In this document: positions 40,451-51,400 of the stretch, one piece after another
How positions within the stretch are numbered: the stretch's first letter is position 1
Layout: each line of letters begins with the position of its first letter
From: Terriglobia bacterium
Lineage (GTDB): Bacteria > Acidobacteriota > Terriglobia > JAJPHL01 > JAPKYU01
NCBI GenBank assembly: GCA_965206645.1
Contig: CBDBKE010000003.1
Location: 768,001-832,000, forward strand
DNA: 64,000 bases
Reading direction: 5' to 3'
Notes under the pieces: model-generated
Told to the model about the DNA's origin: nothing
The model's database searches: none
Seen by the model: the letters and a program-made list of their open reading frames with translations, nothing else
Position numbers and translations under genes: made by a program

Positions 40451-42108
40451 CCGGAATTTCCATTTCGAGCTTCCTCTTCACCCGAAAAGCTATGCCTCGT
40501 ACCCTGTCGTGTCAACCGCAAACAGCTCTGGCCTCTTTGAGGTGGTAGTGCGGCACATTTTGGCTGTTCTTCGGAGTCGCTGTGCGGGGTTCGCCTGCCC
40601 AGCCTGCCGCGCCGCTGACACTTATCCGGCCCGACCACTTCTGAGCACCTAAAATTACCCTCTCTCCCGGTTCGCTAGCCGTCTGGCAGCGGCAGTGCCG
40701 AGATCGTTCGCAGCATGCTGCTGAACAGCCTCCGGCTCAAGTGCCCTTCGGCCAGCAAAAGCCAGTAATATCGCGCATGTTTCACCAGCCGTCCTCCCGT
40801 TTTCACCAACCGCTGTTGCAAGCTCGTCAGGGACCAGTTCCCGATTCTCTGTGGCAGCACCAGTCGCCGCCACAGGTTGCCGAGATTATAGGCAATGATG
40901 GTGAGCCACAGCCGGACCTCGTTCGACCGGAACCGGTGACAACTGAGCCGCGTCATCTTCACTGCTTGCTCTCCTTCTTTGATCCACTGCTCCGCTGTCC
41001 CCCGCTTGTTGTAAAACCGCATCACCGCCCGACTTGGCAGAGTCAAGTTCGTAACGATAAACCCTACTCGCGGGAACAGCTCCCCTGGATGATGCTCCAC
41101 CTTGGCCACCACCCTGCGGGCTGTCTTCCAACTGGCCGCTTGGTATAGAAAGCCCTTGAACTCCACCAACGGCTTCTTGCTGGGTCTCCCCACCGGCCGA
41201 GTCAGCAACTCCTCAATGTCCCGCTGTAGGCTGTCGTTAGCCGGGATGCGGATGGCGTACTTTACCTCCCGCTCCTCCAGAGCCTCGTAAATCTCCGGCT
41301 TGGCAAAGGCCGCGTCGGCACGAAACACCACTTCCTTGCCCAGCTGCTGCTGCCGCTCGATCTCCGGCAGGAGAAGTTCTTTCCAGTCCTCGGCGCTGTG
41401 CACGTTGCCCGGTCGCAGCTTGGCCGCCAGACAGTCACCCTCGCGATTGAACAGCAACAACGGGTGATAGCAGCTCGACTCGAAATGCCCGTTGTAGGCA
41501 CTCTGCTCCTGCTGGCCGTAGACCGGAATCTCGGTCGAGTCCATGTCCAGCACCACCCGTTGCGGGGAATCCATAGCTTCCGCCCTGGCGATTAAATCCC
41601 GGTTGATCGCTGCCAAACCAGCCAGGTTCTCATCTTGCGTCAGTAGTTCTGTCTCGAACGATTGCAGCCGGGAAGTCAACGCGGCTCCTCGCTCTCAGAT
41701 CTTTTCTGAACCGATCAGCCGGAACGTCGGATCTTGAGAGAGCCGTTCCGCGTCATTCATATCTTCGTAACCCGCCAAGCGGCTGTACACGGACTGGCGC
41801 AGGAGGTCAGCAAAGGGCAACCGTGTGTTCTTTCTCCGAGGATCGGCCAAGTGCTGTTTGATGAGTTCTCCGAATCCCAAATGTTCGTCTGATTCGCGCA
41901 CGAAGATCAGGCCGCCGTCGGAAGTAACCCGCGACCCCTGGAAATCGACCTTCAATGCAGCATTGAAAGAGAACTGAAAGGGCTGATTTTGCCTCTCACC
42001 CACTCGGTTTCTACCTCCGGAAGCTGTATTGACGCTGGAACCGGCATAAATATTGGCGTCGGAGGTCAGTATAAGGTTAGCTTTGGAGTTTCAAAACGGA
42101 AATCCGGG
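40451..42108 (-). mobile_element. Diverged IS1380-family element; transposase has an in-frame TGA at 41695-41697
   Basis: Ends CCGGAATTTCC / GGAAATCCGGG; ORFs 41695-42003 and 40675-41679 are one frame (SEKI*ERGAALTS). Confidence 0.9.
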
Positions 42109-42226
42109 TTCATCCTTCACATGCAACTCAGCGCGCTTGGCGGCCGCCTCGCTCATTGGGGAACCCCCTAAAATTGTTAACGCGATTGTATTGTCACCGT
42201 GCCCGAGAAGCAAGGGCCCCGTAAGA

Positions 42227-42670
42227 CTAGCGCGCGCCGCTCAGCACGTCGTTGGCAAACCGCAACAGATCGGCCCGCGTGATGATGCCCACCAGTTGCT
42301 GGCCGTCCATCACCGGCAGGCAGCCCAGCCGCTGCGAATGGAGTAGGGACGTGGCTTCGGCCAACGTTGCATCCGGGCCGATGGTAGTTACATCCCTGGT
42401 CATCACCGTCCCCACCAACGTCTGCTCAAAGGTCTTGTTGTAGTCCTCGGGTGTGCTGTAGAGAATGGAAGCCCCATGACGGCGAACGTCACGCTCGGTC
42501 AATAGCCCAACCAGGCGGCCGTCGCTGACCACCGGCAGATGGCGGACACCGGCTCGCCGGATCCGCAAATCCGCATTTAGAAGGTGATCCTCCGGCGTCA
42601 GCGTCTCCGGAGCCGAACTCATGTAATCCTTGACCCGCAAGGAAGCAAAACCAGATTCATTTTTGCCCAT
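42227..42670 (-). CDS. CBS-domain protein (paralog of 39273-39686)
   Basis: YMSSAPETLTPED, RRAGVRHLPVV, GIITRADLLRFANDVL. Confidence 0.88.
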   Translation of the reverse strand: MGKNESGFASLRVKDYMSSAPETLTPEDHLLNADLRIRRAGVRHLPVVSDGRLVGLLTERDVRRHGASILYSTPEDYNKTFEQTLVGTVMTRDVTTIGPDATLAEATSLLHSQRLGCLPVMDGQQLVGIITRADLLRFANDVLSGAR

Positions 42671-42731
42671 GACACTCCGCCCTAAGCCGGCACGCCCGAT
42701 TGTATGGTTGGCTGGCTCCGGGCGCAAGGGG

Positions 42732-43958
42732 CTACTTGCTGAGATACCGCAGAGTGTGCAAGCCCCGCCCCGGGGCGTAGCCGGTCATTTCCAGGTACCC
42801 GTGGGCCACAGCGCGACGGCCCTGCTTGTTTCCCGTGGCGCGGGTAGCTCCTTCCCAATAGGTAACCCCAGTTGTTTCCCGGGTGACCAGTTCCTGAGCG
42901 CGGACCGCGGCGCGGACTTCCAGGTCCAGGTCCAGTTCCGGAACCTGGACCTGCCAGTCGAGCGGGTATTGGGCACCGCTGCGAGGACTTCGCCACCGCC
43001 CCCTTGGCTGAGGCAGCAGCCGCAACTGGGTGGCTCCCAGCGCCCGTGGTGGCCCCTGCGGAGGAATGTAGGTGCCACCAGAGTGCGAAGCACGGCCGTC
43101 TCGCCGCCGGAGTTGAAATAGCATCAGCTCCGAACCATCCTCAAATTGCAGGCTGAACCAGTCCCACCCGGATTGCTCCGGGGAGAGCTGGCTGGTGGAA
43201 AATTCATGATCCATCCACGCCAGACCGGAGACCGCGAACTCTTGCCCGCCCAAACGTATCGCTCCCGTAGCTTGCAAGCGGGAGAAGGAATAGTAGTGAG
43301 ACGCGTGCCCGACACCCGGGCCTTTGCGGCTGATTCCGTCGCGGCCGTGGATGACCGGCGGCTTCACCGGCCGCAACTCCAGGCGTAGTGCGAAATCCCT
43401 GGCCGCCGCCTCCAGCCGGTGGTGCTGCGGGCTGATGGTGGCACTCCAATCGCCCACCCAGACGCGCGCTGCAACTTCCGACAGAGGTCCCGACAGGGGC
43501 CGTCCCCCGTCAGCAGTGGTGGCGCCCGCCAGTCCCAGCGCCCCGCGATGCATGCGCTGCTTGTAGCGGAAAGTGCCCTCCCGAATATCGGTCACCGCCA
43601 GGTGCGCCGAGTACAGGTGCTCAATGCGCCAGCGCGAAGAGTTTGGATACGGGTTGGCAATACCTTCCCGGAAGAAAGTCAGCTCGAACCCAAACGATCG
43701 CCCATCGGGCGTTCTCACATTGCCCGTGTAATACCACCATTCGGTCCGGAAGTCGGGGTGGGAGAAGTGGTCGCGGGGAAACTCAAAGCGGTAGCCGGGC
43801 AGAGCCAGCCGAAACCGGCTCTCCTGGGCCAAACCGATAGCGGACATCGCGAGGAGCGTACAAAGCAGGAGTCCGAGCGCCAGCGGAAATTTCCGGGTCG
43901 CAGACTTGGTCCGGCAGCGTTGTCGTTCAGGGAAAACTTGCTCGGCCAAAACCCGCAT
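42732..43958 (-). CDS. AttH/CrtC-like lipocalin-domain secreted hydrolase
   Basis: FPRDHFSHPDFRTEWWYYTG, WMDHEFS, GWDWFSL, YWEGA, GYLEMTGY. Confidence 0.85.
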   Translation of the reverse strand: MRVLAEQVFPERQRCRTKSATRKFPLALGLLLCTLLAMSAIGLAQESRFRLALPGYRFEFPRDHFSHPDFRTEWWYYTGNVRTPDGRSFGFELTFFREGIANPYPNSSRWRIEHLYSAHLAVTDIREGTFRYKQRMHRGALGLAGATTADGGRPLSGPLSEVAARVWVGDWSATISPQHHRLEAAARDFALRLELRPVKPPVIHGRDGISRKGPGVGHASHYYSFSRLQATGAIRLGGQEFAVSGLAWMDHEFSTSQLSPEQSGWDWFSLQFEDGSELMLFQLRRRDGRASHSGGTYIPPQGPPRALGATQLRLLPQPRGRWRSPRSGAQYPLDWQVQVPELDLDLEVRAAVRAQELVTRETTGVTYWEGATRATGNKQGRRAVAHGYLEMTGYAPGRGLHTLRYLSK

Positions 43959-43968
43959 TCGGCACCGG

Positions 43969-44955
43969 TCACAACCGTATGGAGACGTGGGGCCGCCGCT
44001 CGAGATGGATGCTATCCACGAAGCGCACCTTGCCGGCGCCCCGGGTGAGCACCAGGGAGTGGGTCCGCGTCCCGTCGCCAAAAAAGCGGACGCCGCGCAG
44101 CAGGTTGCCGTCGGTCACGCCGGTGGCCGCAAATAGAATGTTGTTGCCGGGAGCCAGATCGTCGGTGGTGAAGATGGCTTTGGGATCCTTAATGCCAACG
44201 CTTTGGATGCGCTCGCGCAGCTCGGGCCTGTCCACCACCAGCCGGGCCAGGATTTCCCCGTTCAAGCAGCGCAGGGCGGCGGCGGTTAGCACGCCCTGCG
44301 CGGCTCCGCCCACTCCCATCAGGGCATGGACCGCGGTGCCGCGGACCGCAGCGGAAATACCAGCCGACAGGTCTCCCTCGTTGATCAAATGAATGCGCGC
44401 GCCCGCCGCTCGAATTTCGCTAATGAGCTTTTTGTGCCGGGGACGATCCAGCACCACCACTACCAGGTCTTCCACCTCGCGGTCCAGGTGGCGCGCCAGC
44501 CGCTTTAAGTTTAGCGCCACCGGGGCATCCAGCTCCATGGCGCCCCGGCCCTCCGGCCCGACGATGATCTTGTCCATGTGGCACCGGGGAACGTGCAGCA
44601 GGCCTCCAGGCTCGCTGGCCGCAAGTACCACCAGTGCGTTCGGGGCACCGGTGGAGCAGAGGCTGGCGCCCTCGAGCGGGTCGGCGGCGACCTCCACCTC
44701 GGGCAGCTTGGTGCTCTCGCCGCGCCCGACCTTCTCACCCACGTACAGCATGGGAGCTTTGCCCCGCTCTCCTTCGCCGATGGTGACGGTGCCCCTCATC
44801 GGCACGGCGTCCATCGAGCGCCGCATGGCCTCAACGGCTACACGGTCAGAATGCTTCCGGTCGCCCATGCCCATGGTGTGGGCTGCCGCAATGGCTGCTT
44901 GTTCGACTGCCTGTAGAAACCAAGGCGAAAGCTCGCGCTCGATTGGCCCTCCCAT
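43969..44955 (-). CDS. glpX: Class II fructose-1,6-bisphosphatase (GlpX) homolog with altered active-site motifs
   Basis: [33 protein letters not shown]. Confidence 0.85.
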   Translation of the reverse strand: MGGPIERELSPWFLQAVEQAAIAAAHTMGMGDRKHSDRVAVEAMRRSMDAVPMRGTVTIGEGERGKAPMLYVGEKVGRGESTKLPEVEVAADPLEGASLCSTGAPNALVVLAASEPGGLLHVPRCHMDKIIVGPEGRGAMELDAPVALNLKRLARHLDREVEDLVVVVLDRPRHKKLISEIRAAGARIHLINEGDLSAGISAAVRGTAVHALMGVGGAAQGVLTAAALRCLNGEILARLVVDRPELRERIQSVGIKDPKAIFTTDDLAPGNNILFAATGVTDGNLLRGVRFFGDGTRTHSLVLTRGAGKVRFVDSIHLERRPHVSIRL

Positions 44956-44965
44956 CGCTCTTCAT

Positions 44966-45003
44966 TACAGCACAGATGCCGGGATACAGCATAGATGCCG
45001 GGA
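44966..45003 (+). repeat. 19-bp tandem duplication
   Basis: TACAGCACAGATGCCGGGA / TACAGCATAGATGCCGGGA. Confidence 0.85.
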
Positions 45004-45186
45004 TGGAGCCAGCCACGCTCTAGGCGGCTCGCGATACTCAGCAGTCGGTGGGCAGCAAGGTAGTGCAACTAACCTGTCGGTTTGCCTGCCTGGCTCGCGT
45101 ATGCTAATCCTGCGGGGCGTTCCGGCGCGGATGGCCCTTGCAGTCGCGGCCCCAGCCGGGCACTACGACCTGCGACCCCCGACCTG

Positions 45187-46737
45187 ATGGCTATGCTTCC
45201 CATGAGTATGCTTCCCAGGGTGGCTCTGGTAGGTGCTGGCCCAGGCGACCCCGGCCTGCTCACGGTGCGCGGTCGTGAGCTGCTGGAGCGCGCCGAGGTG
45301 GTCATCTACGACCACCTGGCCAATCCGGTCCTGCTGGACTACGCGCTCCCGAAGGCCGAGCGTCTTTACGTTGGGAAACGATCGCGCCAGGACCCACAGT
45401 ACCAGGAAAACATCAACGCCTTGCTGCTCGAGAAAGCCCGAGCGGGAAGGCGCGTGGTGCGGCTGAAGGGCGGCGACCCGTTCATTTTCGGGCGCGGTGG
45501 CGAGGAAGCCGAAGCGCTCCGCGCTGCCGGCATCCCCTACGAGGTGGTGCCTGGCGTCACGGCCGGCTATGCGGTCCCGGCCTACGCCGGCATCCCCATC
45601 ACCCAGCGCGAGTTCACCTCCGCGGTGGCCTTCGTCACCGGGCACGCGGACCCGGAGACGGAGGAAAGCACGGTGCGCTGGGACAAGCTGGCCGCGGCCG
45701 CCGGCACGCTGGTGCTCTACATGGCCTGGCGGAACCTGGATGCCATCGCGCACAAGCTGATCCAGAGCGGCCGCCCGCCGGAGACCCCGGTAGCTGTGAT
45801 TTGCTGGGGAACGACACCGTTGCAGCAGACCGTTACCGGAACGCTGGCCGATATTGCGGCGCGCGTGGCTGAGCGCGGCCTGAAGCCGCCCACCATCGCC
45901 GTGGTTGGGGAGGTGGTTTCGCTGCGCGACACGCTGGCTTGGTTCGAGCGCCTCCCGCTGTTTGGCCGGCGCATTGTGGTGACTCGCGCGCGGCATCAGG
46001 TCGCCGCACTGGCCCGCGGCCTGCGCGAGCGCGGCGCTCTGGCGATCGAGCTGCCCACCATTGAGCTGCAGGACCCGAAGAGCTTCGCCCCGCTGGACCA
46101 AGCGGTGCGCGAGCTGGAGGGGTATGACTGGCTGGTGTTTACCAGCGCCAACGGCGTGGAAAAATTCTTCGCCCGGCTGGAAGTTGCCGGGCGGGATGTG
46201 CGCGCCATCCGCGGTCGCGTTTGCGCCATCGGCCCGGCAACCGCCGAACAGCTCCGCGCCCACGGCGTGCGGGCCGACCGCATGGCCGCCGAGTACCGCG
46301 CCGAGGGCGTGCTGGCGGCACTGGCAGCGACAGCAACGCCCGAAGCCGCTTCGCCCAGCCAGACCCTAGCCGGGCAGCGCATCTTGATCCCACGCGCGGC
46401 GGTGGCCCGCGACCTGCTGCCACGCGAACTTCAGGCCCGTGGCGCCCGCGTGGACGTGGTGGAAGCCTATCGGACGGTGGGGGCCGAAATTCCTACTCCG
46501 GTTTTGCGCGGGCTGGTGGAAGAGGGGGCTGACTTAATCACTTTCACCAGTTCTTCCACCGCGGAGAACTGCCCGGCCGAGCTGCGGACGATTCCGGCGG
46601 CTTCGATCGGGCCCATCACTACCGAAACCGCCAGGCGCCTGGGCTTCCAGGTGGTGGCGGAGGCGCAGGAGTACACGGTGGAAGGGCTGTTGGCTGCGCT
46701 GGAAGGCCATTTTGCGCAAGACGCAAGCAGCCCGTGA
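45187..46737 (+). CDS. cobA: Uroporphyrinogen-III C-methyltransferase/synthase fusion (CobA-HemD)
   Basis: LVGAGPGDPGLLT, RLKGGDPFIFGRGGEE; HemD half with RIVVTRA, FTSANGV, FTSSST. Confidence 0.93.
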   Translation: MAMLPMSMLPRVALVGAGPGDPGLLTVRGRELLERAEVVIYDHLANPVLLDYALPKAERLYVGKRSRQDPQYQENINALLLEKARAGRRVVRLKGGDPFIFGRGGEEAEALRAAGIPYEVVPGVTAGYAVPAYAGIPITQREFTSAVAFVTGHADPETEESTVRWDKLAAAAGTLVLYMAWRNLDAIAHKLIQSGRPPETPVAVICWGTTPLQQTVTGTLADIAARVAERGLKPPTIAVVGEVVSLRDTLAWFERLPLFGRRIVVTRARHQVAALARGLRERGALAIELPTIELQDPKSFAPLDQAVRELEGYDWLVFTSANGVEKFFARLEVAGRDVRAIRGRVCAIGPATAEQLRAHGVRADRMAAEYRAEGVLAALAATATPEAASPSQTLAGQRILIPRAAVARDLLPRELQARGARVDVVEAYRTVGAEIPTPVLRGLVEEGADLITFTSSSTAENCPAELRTIPAASIGPITTETARRLGFQVVAEAQEYTVEGLLAALEGHFAQDASSP

Positions 46738-46806
46738 TAAGATGAACGTCCAGTCCTAGCGCGGCACGCGCGATGGGCGCCCGACCCAAAGGCGGGCGGA
46801 GTCTGC

Positions 46807-47475
46807 TTGAGTCCCTACATCATCTTCGACATTGTTGCCCTGCTGTTTGCCATCAGCATCCACGAGTCCGCGCACGCCTGGTCGGCCAATCGCCTGGGCG
46901 ATCCCACGGCGCGCCTGCTGGGGCGCATCACATTGAACCCGCTACGTCACATTGACCCGATCGGCACGGTGCTGTTCCCTGTGATGCTGGCGCTTGCCGG
47001 CCTACCCATCTTCGGCTGGGCTAAGCCCACTCCGGTGGACCTGCGGCACCTGCGCCACCCGCGGCGTGACGACATGCTGGTCTCGGCGGCCGGCCCGGCC
47101 AGCAACTTCCTGGTGGCGCTGGTGGCGGTCCTCCTGCTGCTCGGAATGCGCGTGACGTCGCCCCAAGGGGCGGCCGTCGTCAATGGCCTGACCGCCGGCT
47201 TGGTTCGGGGCGACTCGTTGCTGATACCGGTCGCGCTGCTGTTCTACCACTTTTTGTTTATTAACCTCCTGCTGGGGGTGTTCAACCTGATCCCGATTCC
47301 CCCGCTCGACGGCAGCCACATCCTGTCCGGACTGCTGCCCGACCGGCTGCGCGCGCTTTATTCTGAGGTAGGCCGCTTCGGGTTCCTGCTGCTGTTGCTC
47401 CTGCTGTGGACCGGTGTTCCCTACCGGCTCTTCTCGCCCGTGCTCGGGCTGTTTCATTCCCTGCTGAGGTTGTAG
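46807..47475 (+). CDS. Site-2 protease (M50 family)
   Basis: HESAH, AAGPASN, FNLIPIPPLDG. Confidence 0.92.
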   Translation: MSPYIIFDIVALLFAISIHESAHAWSANRLGDPTARLLGRITLNPLRHIDPIGTVLFPVMLALAGLPIFGWAKPTPVDLRHLRHPRRDDMLVSAAGPASNFLVALVAVLLLLGMRVTSPQGAAVVNGLTAGLVRGDSLLIPVALLFYHFLFINLLLGVFNLIPIPPLDGSHILSGLLPDRLRALYSEVGRFGFLLLLLLLWTGVPYRLFSPVLGLFHSLLRL

Positions 47476-47481
47476 GAGCGA

Positions 47482-48534
47482 GTGCCCCGGAAACCCCAGA
47501 AACGCCAGAAAAGAGTGCTGAGCGGAATGCGGCCCTCCGGCAAGCTCCATGTGGGCAACTACCTGGGGGCGCTGGTGAACTGGGTGAAGATGCAGGAGGA
47601 GTTCGACTGCTTCTTCTTCATCGCCGACTGGCACGCGCTGACCACCGACTACGCCGACACCCACCAATTGAAGGAGAACACGCTGGAGGTGATCATCGAC
47701 TGGCTGGCTTGCGGCCTGGACCCGGCCCGCGCCACCCTGTTCGTGCAGTCGCACGTGCCCCAGCACGCCGAGCTGCATCTGCTATTGTCCATGATTACCC
47801 CGCTCGGCTGGCTCTATCGCGTGCCCACTTACAAGGAGCAGCGCGAGCAGATCCGGGACAAGGACCTGGACACCTATGGGTTCCTGGGCTACCCCGTGCT
47901 GCAGTCGGCCGATATCCTGATGTACAAGGCCGACCTGGTTCCGGTGGGCGAGGACCAGGTGGCGCACGTGGAGTTGACGCGCGAGATTGTGCGGCGTTTC
48001 AACAGTTTTTTCCCGTTGCCCGAAGGTGGCGTCGTGTTCCCCGAGCCGCAAGCCTACCTGACACCCTCGCCGCGCATACCTGGCCTGGACGGCCGCAAAA
48101 TGTCGAAAAGTTACGGCAATGCCATCCTGCTCAGTGAGCCGGAAGGCGAGATGCGCAAAAAGATCGCTACCATGATGACCGACCCGGCCCGGAAGCGGCG
48201 CAGCGACCCAGGTAATCCCGAGGTTTGTCCGGTATTCGACTACCACAAGGTGGTCTCGCCGCCCGAGGTCATCTCCTGGGCCGACCATGGCTGCCGGACC
48301 GCTGAGATCGGCTGCCTCGATTGCAAGCAGGCCATGGCCGATGGCCTGGTCAAACTCCTGAACCCCATCCAGCAGCGTCGCCGCGCTTACGAAGAGGAGC
48401 CACATCGCGCCTGGCAGGCGCTTGAGGAAGGCGGCGAACGAGCCCGTGCTGCGGCCCGCACCATCATGCAGGAGGCACACGCCGCTACCCGGATGACCCA
48501 CCAGTTCCCCGCCCGAAAACCTGCCTCCGAGTGA
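47482..48534 (+). CDS. trpS: Tryptophan--tRNA ligase
   Basis: SGMRPSGKLHVGNY, YPVLQSADIL, VPVGEDQ, KMSKS. Confidence 0.97.
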   Translation: MPRKPQKRQKRVLSGMRPSGKLHVGNYLGALVNWVKMQEEFDCFFFIADWHALTTDYADTHQLKENTLEVIIDWLACGLDPARATLFVQSHVPQHAELHLLLSMITPLGWLYRVPTYKEQREQIRDKDLDTYGFLGYPVLQSADILMYKADLVPVGEDQVAHVELTREIVRRFNSFFPLPEGGVVFPEPQAYLTPSPRIPGLDGRKMSKSYGNAILLSEPEGEMRKKIATMMTDPARKRRSDPGNPEVCPVFDYHKVVSPPEVISWADHGCRTAEIGCLDCKQAMADGLVKLLNPIQQRRRAYEEEPHRAWQALEEGGERARAAARTIMQEAHAATRMTHQFPARKPASE

Positions 48535-48770
48535 AACAACCACGTTTTGTATCAAGGGCGTGCGCTTCGCCGCCGATACCGCGAAAGTCAATCTGAATCC
48601 TCGATCACGAAACTCGCATCTCAGCCCCCAGGAGTGGCGACTGTGCTGCCAGGCCGGTGCGCGCGCATTCGCAACAAGACCCACCCGGCGGAAAAGAGTC
48701 ATTCCCTTTTTGGGTGGCTGCTGATATAATTAGACACAGAGCTTCACAAGTTCAGCAGCGAGGTGGGTAC

Positions 48771-49460
48771 ATGGCTGAGCGGATCGAGAACCATCTTTTT
48801 GTTTTCGCAGGATTGTCGCCGGAGGAATCCAAACGCTTGTTGCAAGGTTCCCGGCTACGCAGATATGCCGCCGGCGAGACGGTCTACAGGGCAGGCGAAC
48901 CCCAAAGGGATTTGTTCCTCCTTCTACAGGGGGCGGTCAAGGTCTGGGTCCCTCAACCGCGCCCGCTCATCTTGGAGGTCGTGCTGCCCGGAGAGTCGTT
49001 CGGCGACTTCTGCCAGGACGGCCAGGGCCGTGGTGCGGAGAAGGCGGAAGCACTGGAGCCGTCAGTGGTGCGCGCCTTTCCTTTTGCGCGGCTACTCGCC
49101 GGCAGCCCCAATGGCACCCAGCCCACGCTGGGCCAGCGGCTGCTGGGCCTGTACTGTCGGCGCGCCGCCCAGGCCCGCCATCTCTGGTGCAGCGGGGTGA
49201 GCGAGGATGTGCCGCAGCGGGTGGCTCGCCGCCTGCTGGAAATGTTGCGCCACGTCCCGGATGGGCCCGGCATGGCCGCCGTTCCGGTGCGCCTGCGGCA
49301 GGAGGACTTGGCCTATCTGGTGGGTGCCACCCGCACTACGGTTTCGGAAATCCTCAACGATTTCGAGCGCCGTGGCCTGGTGGAGCTCAAGCGCGCCAGC
49401 TTCCGGGTTGATCGCCGTAAGATCCAGCAGACTCTCTGGCCTTCACGGAGTGCCGCCTAG
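48771..49460 (+). CDS. Crp/Fnr-family transcriptional regulator
   Basis: cNMP-binding-like domain (PGESFG) and HTH LRQEDLAYLVGATRTTVSEIL. Confidence 0.9.
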   Translation: MAERIENHLFVFAGLSPEESKRLLQGSRLRRYAAGETVYRAGEPQRDLFLLLQGAVKVWVPQPRPLILEVVLPGESFGDFCQDGQGRGAEKAEALEPSVVRAFPFARLLAGSPNGTQPTLGQRLLGLYCRRAAQARHLWCSGVSEDVPQRVARRLLEMLRHVPDGPGMAAVPVRLRQEDLAYLVGATRTTVSEILNDFERRGLVELKRASFRVDRRKIQQTLWPSRSAA

Positions 49461-49661
49461 GGCGCTTCACCGGCCATTTCTAGCCGGGCTGGTGTCACGG
49501 CGTTCGAACACTCGCGACGCGACGGGAGCGCTTTCGTACTCCAGTGGCACGCCCGTAAGACCCAGCCCGTCCACTTGCACCCGGATTTGCGGAGCGCGGA
49601 CGAGCTGCGCTCCGTTCAGGGCTTTGACGTGGCTCGGGCGCGGCAGGTAAGCTGAAGGCGC

Positions 49662-50534
49662 ATGGACGGCGTGCTGGTGCTGGACAAACCGGCGGGCATT
49701 ACTTCGCACGATGTGGTGCTTCAGGCCCGACGTATCCTTTCGATCAAACGCGTCGGGCACCTGGGGACACTGGACCCGATAGCCACCGGCGTTCTGCCGC
49801 TGGTGGTGGGCCGCGCCACCCGCCTGGCGCAGTTCTACCGCGACCGCGACAAGCTCTACGAAGGCTCGATGCGGCTAGGTTTTGCCACGGATACGTACGA
49901 CCGCACCGGCACCCCAACGACCCCAGAGATGACGCCGGAGGTTTCCACTGAGGACCTGGAGGTCGTGCTTCGCGAACTCAGAGGCGAGTACGACCAGCAG
50001 CCGCCGCCCATCTCGGCCAAGAAGGTGGGGGGTGTGAAGGCCTATGAGCTGGCGCGCCGGCGCCAACAGGTGGAGCTGCCATCGGTGCGCGTGCACGTGA
50101 AGGAGTTAACGCTGCTGGCCTGGGAGCCGCCGCGGCTGCACTTCCGCGTCCTGTGCTCGGGCGGAGCCTACGTGCGCTCTCTGGTGCACGAGCTCGGACG
50201 ACGGCTGAGCTGCGGGGCGCACGTGGCCGAGCTGCGCCGCCTGGCCTCGGGCGAGTTCACGGACAGGGAGGCGCTGACGCTGGAGCGGCTGCGCCAGCTG
50301 CGGGCCGAGCAGCGGGTTGCTGAGGCGCTGCTGCCCACCGCATCGCTGCTGCCGGAATTCCCCGTCTACAAGCTGCCGCCGGCGGCTGTGGCCACCGTGT
50401 TGCATGGTCGCGACTTCCGCACCTTTCCGCCGGTTACCTGGCAGCGCATCAAGGTGCTGGCCCCCGACGGTCGCCTGCTGGCCATCGCCGAGCGCGGCAC
50501 CGCCGGCTTCTATCACCCCTCGATCGTTCTGTAG
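49662..50534 (+). CDS. truB: tRNA pseudouridine(55) synthase
   Basis: LDKPAGITSHDVV, VGHLGTLDPIATG, CSGGAYVRSL. Confidence 0.95.
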   Translation: MDGVLVLDKPAGITSHDVVLQARRILSIKRVGHLGTLDPIATGVLPLVVGRATRLAQFYRDRDKLYEGSMRLGFATDTYDRTGTPTTPEMTPEVSTEDLEVVLRELRGEYDQQPPPISAKKVGGVKAYELARRRQQVELPSVRVHVKELTLLAWEPPRLHFRVLCSGGAYVRSLVHELGRRLSCGAHVAELRRLASGEFTDREALTLERLRQLRAEQRVAEALLPTASLLPEFPVYKLPPAAVATVLHGRDFRTFPPVTWQRIKVLAPDGRLLAIAERGTAGFYHPSIVL

Positions 50535-50705
50535 CCGGGAACGGTCATGGCATCTCCGCATCATGGCGTTGTGATTTGTGTTTCCTGGCAGCCTGCTAGG
50601 TTCTACGCTACTGGCGAGTTCCGAGCCTGGTTTTGGGTAGACGCGCTTCTTCGTGTACCAATCGGCTGTGCCAATCGGTCTGTGCCAATCGGTTCGGGCT
50701 GCTGT

Positions 50706-51296
50706 TCAGCGCCGGATTCCCCGCGAGGTATCCATCAGCAAAGCGATGGGGTGGTCGAAGTCAGGAGTCTCCAGCGCTTCGACGCGCCACAGGCCGGCGC
50801 GTTCGAACAATACGGCGCGCCCCTCGTATTCTTCATTCGGCACGGGGGATTTGGAAAGCAAGGCCTGTGCAGGGGAAGTGACCTCGGTCCAGTGGTAGCG
50901 GAAACGCACGTCGCGCCTCCCTTCACGGTCCTGGAAGCCTTCCAGTTTGCTGACCACCCGGCGGCCGGCCCCAACCACCGAGGCAATCTCACCGCGAGTT
51001 TCACCGAAATAGGCGCGGCCTTTTTCCTCCAGCACCATTCCCTCGGGAGTCCATTTCCAAAATCCAGCCTGCACACCTCGTCCCAAAAACCCCAGCGGGT
51101 CATATTCGATCGTGCGCGAGAACCGGAGCGGGAATTCCGGCACGCGAAACGGCTCAAAGCTTTCGATCGCCTGCCGGATCTCGCGCTCGCTCTTGCCGGT
51201 CAGCAGCAGCCAGGGAAGAAAAATCAGCACCACCACCAATCCCAGTAACTGGGGGAGTCCCAGTGGCAAGCGGCGCAGCGGATTCACTCGGGTCAC
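50706..51296 (-). CDS. Membrane-anchored hypothetical protein
   Basis: N-terminal TM helix, coding-like composition. Confidence 0.6.
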   Translation of the reverse strand: MTRVNPLRRLPLGLPQLLGLVVVLIFLPWLLLTGKSEREIRQAIESFEPFRVPEFPLRFSRTIEYDPLGFLGRGVQAGFWKWTPEGMVLEEKGRAYFGETRGEIASVVGAGRRVVSKLEGFQDREGRRDVRFRYHWTEVTSPAQALLSKSPVPNEEYEGRAVLFERAGLWRVEALETPDFDHPIALLMDTSRGIRR

Positions 51297-51400
51297 AATT
51301 CAGGTGTGGTATATAAAATGAGGAATTAATAGAGAATAAAGCGTAGGTAGGAATTAATTTTCATTTCTAATTCTTCACGCTTTTCAGTCACAACTTTAGC

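Noticed and set aside
51310-51400. AT-rich patch between convergent-looking repeats as an ncRNA or origin
   Set aside because: Short, low-complexity and loosely self-complementary like the spacers at 6905-6950 and 7650-7710; no DnaA boxes or defined RNA fold seen.
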